From NCBI GenBank assembly GCA_965217585.1, contig OZ244561.1, positions 320,001 to 384,000 of the forward strand: a stretch of DNA of 64,000 bases, written 5' to 3'. Origin of the DNA: Candidatus Latescibacterota bacterium (GTDB lineage: Bacteria > Latescibacterota > UBA2968 > UBA8231). The stretch's first letter is position 1; every line of letters begins with the position of its first letter. Below, one piece after another: positions 37,775-46,893 of this stretch. The notes below the pieces were generated by a model, which was not told the origin of the DNA, made no database searches, and worked only from the letters and a program-made list of their open reading frames with translations. The position numbers and the translations under genes are program-made.

Positions 37775-39454
37775 CTAGCGGAGCCAATCCTCCCATCGAC
37801 GTGCCAGATCCACTCGCGAATCACGAAGTGCGTCCGAGTAATGCGGATGTCCGTCCACGTAAGGGGGACTTAACGGCAGGCGATGTCCTGTTATTGCTTC
37901 CAATGCATCTCTGCGGGCCGCGAAGTTGGTTATTTGATCCATGCGGGCGTCCTCTTCGAGACCGGAGACGATTTCTGCAGCAAAACGCGGATGAGCCATT
38001 CTTCTGGCTAAGTGCAAGGATACATAACGGACATCCAGGCTCGTGTCGCTGAAAAGGGTGCGGAGAGATGCGCTGCATTCAGACCACAAATCTGGACAAT
38101 TTTGCAGCAGGTATACCGCCGCCGAACGGACAATTGGCGAAACGTCCCGACACGCTTCCTTGATGTAGTCCGAGTTTACATCGAACGTTTTGCTTGCTAG
38201 GGCACACAGGCTAGCGGCACGAACGTCAGGTTTTGAATGGTTTAAACACGCACTGATTGGTTGCAGAGCCGCGTCCGGGAGTGCATCACCAACAAAAGAG
38301 AGGATGACATCCTTTACCTGCTTAGAATCGCCAGCACCGAGTCGATCCATCCGGTATTCGACCGAACTTTTCCGCCACGCTGACCAGGTTCGATAGGGGC
38401 TCGTTACCGGCGCGGGTGGGTGCTCCGCCGCATCCATCGCCAAAGCACCTTCGACAGAAACCAGACCGGCGCGCAGGTCGGACCACTGCGGACGCTTGAT
38501 CGACGAAGCGATGAGGGCCGTTTTCATTCCCAGGGCTGACCAATTCGGATGCGCCTGCCACACACAGGCGGCAGCTCCAAGAGTGATCGGCCCCGAGAAC
38601 GATGTCCCAAGTGCGCGAGCATAGCGACGGGGGAGATCGTCTATCTTGCCATAAAAGTGGTTTTCGATCTCTTCATCGGTTCCATGGGGGAGGACGATGT
38701 TCTCCGCAGGCGCCAGAATCTCCGGAATCCATTTTCCTTCGAAGGTCGTTCCTCGGCTCCCCGGAAACATTTCGGTCCGGTCCAGGTCCCCGTCCGGAGA
38801 AATCGCGATCCCTCCGACGGAAAGGACCGACGGAGCCGCGGGTTCGGTAAGCCCAGCAGTCCGGTCGGATGTATTCCCCGACCCTGCCATTACGAGCACG
38901 CCTGCAGCCGCTATTTCTTCACACAAGATGCGTGTCGAGTCCGTTTGCCAGGGCAGAAGGCTCGAGTCGACCCCACATCGGCGTGCCGACAATACAGCTC
39001 GTATCTCGTACTTCTTCCAGTTGTCCCGAACCCATTCCAGCGCCTTAAGATGTGCTTCATATCGCCCTTCAGGATCCTGGCTCTGGCCGGGGAAGTATTC
39101 GGCAACGAGAAAGAGATCGGCTTCCGGTGCGATACCCCGATATAGACCCTGCGATTCGGCACCTGATCCAGCAGCCGCGGCCGCGGCCCACAGCCCATGC
39201 GCGCCTCCTTTCCATGGTCCAGGCTCCGCCTCGAACACCTTGGGCTGCGGTTCAGACTCCATCACCATTACTTTGTAGGTTGTACGTTGTTCATTGGTGG
39301 TGATATCGGGATGGCTTGGAAAATCCCCATCGACAACAGCAATGCGAACCCCTTTCCCCGTAAGTTCATCAGGCACACTCAGGAAGTCGCGCAACGTCGG
39401 CCACATATCCCCTCCTATGGGGTTTTGAGAAGCGTTCTTAGACGAGTTGCTCAT
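37775..39454 (-). CDS. S8 subtilisin-like serine peptidase with C-terminal HEAT-like repeats
   Basis: Triad D (IAVVDGD), H (HGLWAA), S (GTSFSGP); oxyanion GSGN; C-terminal PDVRAAS/PIVRSAAV/LDVRYVS repeats; no signal peptide. Confidence 0.85.
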   Translation of the reverse strand: MSNSSKNASQNPIGGDMWPTLRDFLSVPDELTGKGVRIAVVDGDFPSHPDITTNEQRTTYKVMVMESEPQPKVFEAEPGPWKGGAHGLWAAAAAAGSGAESQGLYRGIAPEADLFLVAEYFPGQSQDPEGRYEAHLKALEWVRDNWKKYEIRAVLSARRCGVDSSLLPWQTDSTRILCEEIAAAGVLVMAGSGNTSDRTAGLTEPAAPSVLSVGGIAISPDGDLDRTEMFPGSRGTTFEGKWIPEILAPAENIVLPHGTDEEIENHFYGKIDDLPRRYARALGTSFSGPITLGAAACVWQAHPNWSALGMKTALIASSIKRPQWSDLRAGLVSVEGALAMDAAEHPPAPVTSPYRTWSAWRKSSVEYRMDRLGAGDSKQVKDVILSFVGDALPDAALQPISACLNHSKPDVRAASLCALASKTFDVNSDYIKEACRDVSPIVRSAAVYLLQNCPDLWSECSASLRTLFSDTSLDVRYVSLHLARRMAHPRFAAEIVSGLEEDARMDQITNFAARRDALEAITGHRLPLSPPYVDGHPHYSDALRDSRVDLARRWEDWLR

Positions 39455-41591
39455 GGGGCTGCGCCTCAGCCACATGACAATTGAACCAATCCAGAGCGCG
39501 CCGACACAGATCATCGAGCGCATCGCGGGACCAAGCACTTGTGCCGTGGTGCTCGTCCTTGTACAGCCGTAGCTCGACGCGCTTACCGAGTCGGCGCAGG
39601 GCGACGAACGTATCTTCGGCCTGATTGGAACCGGCCTGATCCCCTGTACCACACACAACCAATAGTGGAGTAGACACTCGGTCTAGGTAGAAGAAGGGCG
39701 AGTTCTCGATGTACGCGGCCCGGTTCTCCCACGGCGAGCCGCCGAGGCGGGCTTGGCCTGTTTCGCACCATCCTATATGGTGGATGTAGAAGCTCGTCAT
39801 ATTCACACCCCAAGGGGCAATAGCCAGTGCAGCTCGGAATCTGTCGGTCTGCGCGATCAGCGCCACAGTGCTATATCCGCCATAACTCGTACCCATTAGC
39901 CCCACGCGGTTGCCATCGGCCAGACCGAGTTCGACCGCTCGATCCACAGCGGCGAGTACCGGGTCCACAAGACCGATCATCGGGTCCTTTTCTCCCAACG
40001 GCACCTCCGGGAACAACACTGCGTAACCGGCGCTGCACAGGAGTTGTGGCTCGATAGCCTGCGGCCCTTGGAGACTAAAGCGATTGATCGTCCCCACACC
40101 TCGGTACCCCCCATACACACTGACGATCATCGGATACGGCGGCCGCGTCTCAGGAGGAAGCAACATCACTCCCCGGCACTGTATGCCGCCGGCTTCGAAG
40201 TCGATCAGTTTACTGCGACCGAGCTTGGATACCTGAACTTCAGGCGCTAGGCAAAATAGCCAGTCATGGCGTCCATCCTCTATGCACAACACAGAGGGTG
40301 GACGCTTTGCCTCCTCCGCCATCAGGTAGTAGCGCCCGGAGGAATCATCCACCTCCATGCACCAAATTTGACCCGTGCACGTGCCTGGGATATCTGCTAC
40401 GTGCTTCAGCCCTCCGTCCTGGCCCAGATGGGCGACCTGCTCACTCAGGCCGGACCGATTCTGCAGCACGACGGGCAGGTCCCCGGCCTGCGTCAATTGA
40501 ATGGTGGGTTCAGTCGGTCGTGCGATCCAATGGCGCATAGACCACTCTTCTGGAATCGCTGCGCGACGGTGATGACCGGATTCCAGATCGAATTGCCACC
40601 AGGCCTTCCTACCGAGTGAGTACAGCTTCGAACTATCCGGACTCCATCGCGGTGTGTCGTATTTCAGCAAGAGGTCGAACTCTGGCCCCGGAGTCAGATT
40701 TACAGGCTCTGCAGAACCATCGGCCGCGACGATGAACAGCTCGTCGGGCTGCCCTCTACCGAAGGAGGCGTACGCAATATTCGCCGAATCCGTGGACCAC
40801 GCGTAGTTGATGCCAAAGGCGTTGGCAATGTCCGAGGCGAGTACCCTTTCCTCTCCGGTCTCGATATCCACGGTGAAAAGCTCGAACAGGGAGTGCTGCA
40901 AGCGCGTTACACCTTCGACTTCGACGTAGCGCGTACAGGCCACATGCCGGCCATCGGGAGCGATGCGCCAGTGGCCGGAGGCCCATTGTTGCAGCAGTCT
41001 CTTGACGGATCCAGTTGAGAGGCTGACATGGCCTAGGTCGCGCTGCCACCAACTCGGTACAGTCGGCTCGACCTCCGTGGTTTCGTCAGGATCGTTGGAT
41101 CTGACGTCAATCTTTGGCACGGGGCCGTGCGCATCTTCCCGATAGTCGCGGTCGGCAGGCCAGAGGGGTACTACGATGCCCTTTCCATCGGGCGTCCACA
41201 CTGGCAACTTAAAACCAAAGCGGACTAGAACAGGCGCATTACGCAGCAACTCAACCTCCCCCGTGTCCACTTCCCACAGGCCCAGGCATGCCACTCCTTC
41301 GTGCCGCACGCAGGCCACCAGCCTGTCGCCCGCTGGCGACCACTGAGCACCCCAGCTTACGCTGCCTTCGGGAAAAGGCCGCATCGAATCCCCGGTGGCT
41401 GTATCCACGACGACCACGGAACTGCCGGCCATTTCCGTGGGAACACCCCACTCGTCAAATCTCGGTCCTCGTGCGCCTTCGGTGCGTCTTTGTACCCCAA
41501 GGGCGAGCCGCCGTCCATCCGGGGACAGGTGAAAGGGCATCCGCCCGGTGGGTTTGGGCAGATCGATGAGAGAGGCGATGGTATTCTCCAT
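39438..41591 (-). CDS. S9 family (prolyl oligopeptidase/acylaminoacyl peptidase-like) peptidase
   Basis: Beta-propeller WSP/PDG repeats, GTSYGGY nucleophile, GTGD, EHH. Confidence 0.9.
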   Translation of the reverse strand: MENTIASLIDLPKPTGRMPFHLSPDGRRLALGVQRRTEGARGPRFDEWGVPTEMAGSSVVVVDTATGDSMRPFPEGSVSWGAQWSPAGDRLVACVRHEGVACLGLWEVDTGEVELLRNAPVLVRFGFKLPVWTPDGKGIVVPLWPADRDYREDAHGPVPKIDVRSNDPDETTEVEPTVPSWWQRDLGHVSLSTGSVKRLLQQWASGHWRIAPDGRHVACTRYVEVEGVTRLQHSLFELFTVDIETGEERVLASDIANAFGINYAWSTDSANIAYASFGRGQPDELFIVAADGSAEPVNLTPGPEFDLLLKYDTPRWSPDSSKLYSLGRKAWWQFDLESGHHRRAAIPEEWSMRHWIARPTEPTIQLTQAGDLPVVLQNRSGLSEQVAHLGQDGGLKHVADIPGTCTGQIWCMEVDDSSGRYYLMAEEAKRPPSVLCIEDGRHDWLFCLAPEVQVSKLGRSKLIDFEAGGIQCRGVMLLPPETRPPYPMIVSVYGGYRGVGTINRFSLQGPQAIEPQLLCSAGYAVLFPEVPLGEKDPMIGLVDPVLAAVDRAVELGLADGNRVGLMGTSYGGYSTVALIAQTDRFRAALAIAPWGVNMTSFYIHHIGWCETGQARLGGSPWENRAAYIENSPFFYLDRVSTPLLVVCGTGDQAGSNQAEDTFVALRRLGKRVELRLYKDEHHGTSAWSRDALDDLCRRALDWFNCHVAEAQPHEQLV

Positions 41592-41743
41592 GGATTCCCT
41601 CCATTGTGGGGAAAAATGGCTGCGATTCTGCGGTCTTTGGATGGTGGATTTTCGCGTTGACAAAGAGTACTGGAGGGTGTTACTTTTGTCAATATAAAAA
41701 TGACGTATCTATATATTTATATTGATGTTATAATCTATTATAC

Positions 41744-41772
41744 TTGACAACATTCAGCCGATTCTTTATATT
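41744..41772 (+). promoter_or_regulatory. Near-consensus sigma70 promoter in an AT-rich intergenic region
   Basis: TTGACA-17 bp-TATATT with AT-rich upstream DNA; no plus-strand CDS follows. Confidence 0.6.
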
Positions 41773-41783
41773 TTATGTACAAG

Positions 41784-41834
41784 AAAAAGATGGGGGCCGC
41801 TTACGTGAGCAGCCCCCATCTTTTTGTTTTTTTT
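41784..41834. terminator. Intrinsic terminator, potentially bidirectional
   Basis: aaaaagatggggg...cccccatcttttt followed by gtttttttt. Confidence 0.85.
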
Positions 41835-41954
41835 ACTCTTCCAGAATTGGGCGGATTATGGGCGCGTGGAACCTGCGATCAAATTTCCCTTAGGTAATCT
41901 CCATTTCCGGGGCTAGAAAGTTTTTTTGTTGCTTCCCTCGCAAAAAAGCATGAC

Positions 41955-42920
41955 TTACGTCTTCGCCGCCATAATCTCAGCCGCCTCAATCTGATCCACT
42001 AAAGCGATCGAGTGAATCACGTCGCGGATGTCGGTGATCGGCTGCCGGTTTTCAACCACGCAATCGACGAAGTGCTCGTGCATGGTCAGCAGCCCCTCGT
42101 AGCGAGGCACGTCGTCTTCGGGCACGCCGTCGATTTCCCAGCCGCCGAGGGTGCGGACTTGGTTGTCCTCGTGGATTTCGATTTCATTGGGAATTTTCAT
42201 GTAGCAGCCAATGCCCACGCCGTGTAGCTCCGAGCGCAGCACCCGCCCGCCAGAGGCGCGGTTGCCGAGCATCACGCCGGTCGCGCGGTTGTCGAAGCGC
42301 ACCAGCGCAGTGTAGTGGTTGAAGCCCTCGCCGCCGAATTTGTCCTGATAGGCGGTAACTTCCACCGGCTCGCCGCCGGCCATGTAGCGCAGCAGATCGA
42401 CGATGTGGACCAGGTCGTTCCACAAGGTGGTGGTGAATTCGTCGGCGCCCTGCGGAAGCTGTTTGTTGAAGGTCGTCGTCGCCAGCGACACCGGGCCTTT
42501 GGCCGCAACTATACGCATGGCCTCGCGGGTGACGGCGGTATAGCGGCGTTGGAGACCGACCATCACCCAGACACCGTGGCGCTCGGCAGCCTCTAAAATC
42601 GCCCGCGTCTCGTCGCTGTTGGCCCCAGGCGGCTTTTCGATAAACAGGTGCTTGCCCGCGGCGATGCAGTCGAGGGCCGGCTGCAGAAGCCACTTCTCGT
42701 TCATCACGCAATAGACAATGTCCGGGTCGATCTCGTCGAGCATGGCGCGGTGATCTTGGTACGTGCGCGTAAAGCCATACTTTGCGACCACTTGCTTGAG
42801 GCGTTCCTCGTCCAACTCGCAAACCGCGGCCATCTGCACTTGGTCGGCGAGGCGATGGACCGTTGGGTAGTGGGCGCTCTGGCCGCGCCCCCCCGCGCCG
42901 ATAAATCCTGCTTTAAGCAT
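41955..42920 (-). CDS. Gfo/Idh/MocA family oxidoreductase
   Basis: GFIGAGG, GKHLFIEKPP, VGLQRRY, HIVDLL. Confidence 0.9.
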   Translation of the reverse strand: MLKAGFIGAGGRGQSAHYPTVHRLADQVQMAAVCELDEERLKQVVAKYGFTRTYQDHRAMLDEIDPDIVYCVMNEKWLLQPALDCIAAGKHLFIEKPPGANSDETRAILEAAERHGVWVMVGLQRRYTAVTREAMRIVAAKGPVSLATTTFNKQLPQGADEFTTTLWNDLVHIVDLLRYMAGGEPVEVTAYQDKFGGEGFNHYTALVRFDNRATGVMLGNRASGGRVLRSELHGVGIGCYMKIPNEIEIHEDNQVRTLGGWEIDGVPEDDVPRYEGLLTMHEHFVDCVVENRQPITDIRDVIHSIALVDQIEAAEIMAAKT

Positions 42921-43752
42921 GATCTTCCCCTTTCTGGCACAAAGCCGTAAAAAAGCGCACATCAATGCGCGCCAAGTCGATGACGCTTTCCACCGGCTCG
43001 CCGCTGTACTCGCTGTGGAAGCTGACCGGGCCGGTAAAATCCAGCCGCTTCAAGGTCGCGATCACCGAAGGCCAATCGACAAAGCCCTGCCCCATCCGCA
43101 CGACGCCACTGCCGGGTGCACCCTGCTGGGTAATGCTCAAAGACCGCTGGCGGGCCAGATCCTTAAACGCGACCAGACACAAGTGCGAACGCACGATGTC
43201 GAGGGCCATAGCAATCGGCTCGCCGCATACTGACAAGTGCCCGGGATCGGCGAAAACGCCCACGTATTGCGGGTCGCAGTCCTTGACGATATTCATGGCG
43301 GCGCAGGCATTGAGGCCCATGGACGCGCCCGAATGATTGTGGATGGCGGTTTTGACGCCGTATTTTTCCGACAGCACTTGGAATCCCTGCATAAAGCCGC
43401 GCACCTCGTCTAATTGCGTCCAGTAGGACACATCCGGCTCCCAGTGCCAGTAGCCGAGCTTGACGTGGCCCACGCCGGCTGCACCCAAGGCCGCGTAATA
43501 CCTTTCCGCATAGTCGAGGTCCGGGCGGTTGAAGTCGCCCGGAGCCGTGACCAAGGGGATGCAAAGGCCAGCGTCGGCAAAGCGACGCGCAGCCTCCGGT
43601 AGGGCCGTGGCCACATTGTCGGGGTTGACCGGATAGCCGTCGCGCACACACAAGTCGGCTCCCTGCACGCCCATGGCCTGCAAGGCGTCGATGATTTGCG
43701 GGACATCGAGGCCCTCTAAGTGTTTAGTAAATGCGATATACGTCAGATCCAC
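42913..43752 (-). CDS. Sugar phosphate isomerase/epimerase (xylose isomerase-like TIM barrel)
   Basis: HNHSG, DPGH, AFKD, G.GFVDW, FHSEY; GTG 43752 after AAGGAG. Confidence 0.88.
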   Translation of the reverse strand: MDLTYIAFTKHLEGLDVPQIIDALQAMGVQGADLCVRDGYPVNPDNVATALPEAARRFADAGLCIPLVTAPGDFNRPDLDYAERYYAALGAAGVGHVKLGYWHWEPDVSYWTQLDEVRGFMQGFQVLSEKYGVKTAIHNHSGASMGLNACAAMNIVKDCDPQYVGVFADPGHLSVCGEPIAMALDIVRSHLCLVAFKDLARQRSLSITQQGAPGSGVVRMGQGFVDWPSVIATLKRLDFTGPVSFHSEYSGEPVESVIDLARIDVRFFTALCQKGEDHA

Positions 43753-43850
43753 GATGTGTGCTCCTTTCTCTATGATTTGTTTGACAAAGCTCGGTAAGGG
43801 TATCAAAATATCGGCTACATGCCAACGAACTAAATGGAGCAAGTCGAATT

Positions 43851-44783
43851 ATGGAAGCAATCAAGATGGAACCCAGCCCGGCAATTGAGGTCCCCAAGCC
43901 GCTCACCCCCGCCCAAGTGCAGTTCTTTATCGACAACGGCTATCTCGTCGTGCCGGACCTGATGGAAGCAGCCGAGCTCGCCGAACTCAAACGCGACCTC
44001 GTGGACGTGGCGCGCGGCCGCTACGAGTGCGACAACATCGAGCCGGTCGATCCCGCCCTCAGCGACCAAGCGGTGTTGGAAAGCATCCTCTGCATCCACC
44101 AGCCGCACTACGTCAGTCCAGTCATCGAAAGGTACGTCCGCCACCCCAAGATCTGTGGAGCCCTGAGCCAGATCACCGCCGCGCACCTGCCCTTTTGGGA
44201 CGGCAGCGTCAAGTGCATGCAGTCCATGTACTTCGTCAAGCCGCCCAATTTCCAGGGTCAGGCTTGGCACCAAGACGAGATCTACATCCCCACGCGGGAT
44301 CGCTCGCTGATCGGCGCGTGGATCGCCGTGGACGACGCCACCGTCGAAAACGGCTGCCTATACGTCATTCCGGGGTCGCACCGGCCCGGATACCTCTACC
44401 CGCAGCGGCCCCACGAAAACTCGGACGAGTTCGACTTCGCGCCCGAGAGCTACGGCTTTGACGAGAGCGTCGAGATCCCGGTTGAAGTGGAGGCCGGTGC
44501 CCTCGTGTTCTTCAACGGCTATCTCCTCCATCGCTCGTACAAAAACCGCGGCGACACCTATCGCCGCGTCTTGGTCAACCACTACTGCAACTCTTGGAGC
44601 CTGTTGCCCTGGAGCCTTGAAGAGGGCGAGTCACCGGCCAAGGCCGATCGGCGCAACATCGTGCCTGTGGCCGGCATCGACCCCTATGCCTGGAAGGGCT
44701 ATAAAACGCCAGCCAAGTCCGTGGGGCTGCGGCACTGCAAGGCCATCGACGAGGTCCACGCCGCCCGCGAGGAGCACGCATAA
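43851..44783 (+). CDS. Phytanoyl-CoA dioxygenase (PhyH) family Fe/2OG enzyme
   Basis: WHQD, WIAVDDATVENGCL..IPGSH, LLHRS..N...RR. Confidence 0.92.
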   Translation: MEAIKMEPSPAIEVPKPLTPAQVQFFIDNGYLVVPDLMEAAELAELKRDLVDVARGRYECDNIEPVDPALSDQAVLESILCIHQPHYVSPVIERYVRHPKICGALSQITAAHLPFWDGSVKCMQSMYFVKPPNFQGQAWHQDEIYIPTRDRSLIGAWIAVDDATVENGCLYVIPGSHRPGYLYPQRPHENSDEFDFAPESYGFDESVEIPVEVEAGALVFFNGYLLHRSYKNRGDTYRRVLVNHYCNSWSLLPWSLEEGESPAKADRRNIVPVAGIDPYAWKGYKTPAKSVGLRHCKAIDEVHAAREEHA

Positions 44784-44786
44784 AAA

Positions 44787-45560
44787 ATGGTTAATCAATC
44801 AGCATTTTGCTGGCCGGAAGGCGTTCAGGGAGCAGTATCTGTCAGCTACGACGACGCGCTACCCTGTCACTACGAGGATGTCGCACCCGCCTGGGAAGCC
44901 CATGGATTGAGGGTGACGTTCTACACGAATATAATCAGCCTGATGAACAATCCCGATGCTTGGCGCGATGTCGGCGTGAAGGGCCACGAACTCGGCAATC
45001 ACAGCATCTTCCACCCGTGCCGCAAGCAACAGGGCAACGACTGGCTGGCCGACGAGTACGACCTGCGCAGGTACACGCCCCGCAGGTGGACAGATGAAAT
45101 GCGCACCGCGAACGCCATCCTGTCGTCGCTCGACGGCAAAAAGGAGCGTTCCTTCGGCAACACCTGCTGCAACACCGATCTCGGCGAGGGGGAGACCCTT
45201 CACAGCCTCGAACCGCTGATCGAGGAACTGTTCGTCGCCGGCCGCGGCCCCTTCAACAACCGGGTCGTCGATGCAGAGACGCTCAACTTCAACTCCCTCG
45301 GGCATTTCAGCGGCGACGGCCGCGATTTCGACCGCCTGCGGCTGGAAATCGACGACGCCGTAGCCGCAGGCGGCTGGATCATCTACATGATCCACGGAGT
45401 CGGCGAAGGCACGCACGGTTTGTACATCGATCCCGAGGTGCATCAGAGTCTGGTCGACTACCTCGGAGAGCGGCAGGATTCCATCTGGACGGCACCGGTG
45501 GGGACGGTGGCGCGGTACCTGCGCGACAGTACCGGAACAGGCCCGACCGGACCCCGGTGA
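44787..45560 (+). CDS. Polysaccharide deacetylase (NodB-like) family protein
   Basis: SYDDAL, GHELGNHS..HP, WIIYMIHGV. Confidence 0.85.
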   Translation: MVNQSAFCWPEGVQGAVSVSYDDALPCHYEDVAPAWEAHGLRVTFYTNIISLMNNPDAWRDVGVKGHELGNHSIFHPCRKQQGNDWLADEYDLRRYTPRRWTDEMRTANAILSSLDGKKERSFGNTCCNTDLGEGETLHSLEPLIEELFVAGRGPFNNRVVDAETLNFNSLGHFSGDGRDFDRLRLEIDDAVAAGGWIIYMIHGVGEGTHGLYIDPEVHQSLVDYLGERQDSIWTAPVGTVARYLRDSTGTGPTGPR

Positions 45561-45564
45561 TCGC

Positions 45565-45630
45565 ATGAAAAAGATCAGATTGGCATTAGTAGGTAACGAG
45601 GTCCGCGCCGCCCGCGAGGAGCACGCGTGA
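45565..45630 (+). pseudogene. Chimeric 21-aa stub: Gfo/Idh/MocA start fused to a PhyH 3' end
   Basis: MKKIRLALVG|NEVRAAREEHA*; first half resembles MDKIRLALVG (62506), second half is 30/31 nt identical to 44749..44779. Confidence 0.85.
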
Positions 45631-45701
45631 AAATCGGCTGCTCTACTTGGGGGATGGCGAAGCTGTCCGGCATCCTGATCAGCATCCGACTAGGAGCGTA
45701 G
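45627..45701 (+). pseudogene. 5' stub of a probable sugar isomerase-type gene (24-aa mini-ORF)
   Basis: GAGGAG then GTG, MKIGCSTWGMAKL...; stops 1 nt before the next CDS. Confidence 0.45.
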
Positions 45702-45702
45702 G

Positions 45703-46893
45703 TTGATGTTCGATACTAGGGATCAAATTCTGAACCAACTCCGCGCCGGCGAAGACGGCCGCGCCGAGTTCAAAGAAGTGCGCTTCGGGGATCGAGGCGT
45801 GCTAGCCCCCAACACCCAAGAATTGGCCGGTGAACTCGTTGCGTTTGCGAACGCCGAGGGTGGCGTTGTGTTCCTTGGCGTTGACGATTCGGGTGCCGTG
45901 CGCGGGATCCCGCTGGGGCAAGTGGATATGGTCGAGCACTGGCTGCTCAACGTCGCGACCCACAACTGCGATCCACCGATCCGGCTCGTCATCCGCAAAG
46001 CACTGCTGCCGAGTACAGAAGGAGACGAGGAGCACGTTCTCCTGGCAGAGGTGCCGCGTGGACTGTATGTACATCGCACATCGAGCGGGCGTTACTACAC
46101 TCGGATCGGGTCCACCAAACAGGATCTCACGCTCCCGGAACTCGCCCGGCTTTTCCAACAGCGGGGCCGCGAGTACGTATTTGACGAGCAGCCCGTACTC
46201 GCAGCAACAGTAGAAGACCTCAATCGCAATCGACTTGAAGCATTTTTCGGACGCTCGCCGACCATCCCTTGGCTCGACTTACTGCGCAACACCCGAGTGA
46301 TATTCCAAGATGAGGAGGGGATGGACCGGCCGACCGTCGCCGGCTCGCTGGTCTTCGCAACCGAGCCGACCGAGTTCTTGGCGTCCGGGGCCATTGAAGC
46401 CGCGTGCTACCGTGGAACTCGTTTGTCCTCGGACGATCTGATCCACGCCGAGCGGCTCGCCGGCCCGGTGTCCGATCAGATCGACGCCGGAATTGCCTTC
46501 GTCGCCCGTTTCATGCAAACAGGAGACTCCCCCCAGTACGACATCGATGTCGTTGACGAGGCCATCGTCAACGCGGTTGCCCACCGCGACTACGCCATTG
46601 CCGGATCGAAAATCCGCCTGTTCCTGTTTGCCGACCGGCTGGAGTTGTACAGCCCCGGCAAGTTGCCCAACACCATCACGATCGACGATATGGCCTATCG
46701 CACGTTCACCCGCAATCAGCTCTTGGTCAGCTTCCTGTCGAGGATTCGCAGCAAGCGCACCGGTCAGGTATTCCTCGAATCGCGTGGCGAAGGTGTGCGG
46801 AAGATTCTGGAGGATGGCGAAGCGCACTCGGGTCGACGCCCAAAGTACGAGCTGTTCGGCGATGAGCTTCGATTGACGTTGTGGGCCAAGTGA
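45703..46893 (+). CDS. Schlafen/AlbA_2-domain protein with HATPase_c_4 (RecG-C-like) domain
   Basis: GEDGRAEFKE, AFANAEGG..FLGVDDSG, EAIVNAVAHRDY, SPGKLP, ESRGEG. Confidence 0.88.
   Translation: MMFDTRDQILNQLRAGEDGRAEFKEVRFGDRGVLAPNTQELAGELVAFANAEGGVVFLGVDDSGAVRGIPLGQVDMVEHWLLNVATHNCDPPIRLVIRKALLPSTEGDEEHVLLAEVPRGLYVHRTSSGRYYTRIGSTKQDLTLPELARLFQQRGREYVFDEQPVLAATVEDLNRNRLEAFFGRSPTIPWLDLLRNTRVIFQDEEGMDRPTVAGSLVFATEPTEFLASGAIEAACYRGTRLSSDDLIHAERLAGPVSDQIDAGIAFVARFMQTGDSPQYDIDVVDEAIVNAVAHRDYAIAGSKIRLFLFADRLELYSPGKLPNTITIDDMAYRTFTRNQLLVSFLSRIRSKRTGQVFLESRGEGVRKILEDGEAHSGRRPKYELFGDELRLTLWAK

Noticed and set aside
535-45701. Integron or attC-cassette explanation for the interspersed cargo genes
   Set aside because: No tyrosine recombinase in the window and no shared RYYYAAC...GTTRRRY palindromic site; each flanking repeat derives from a different local gene
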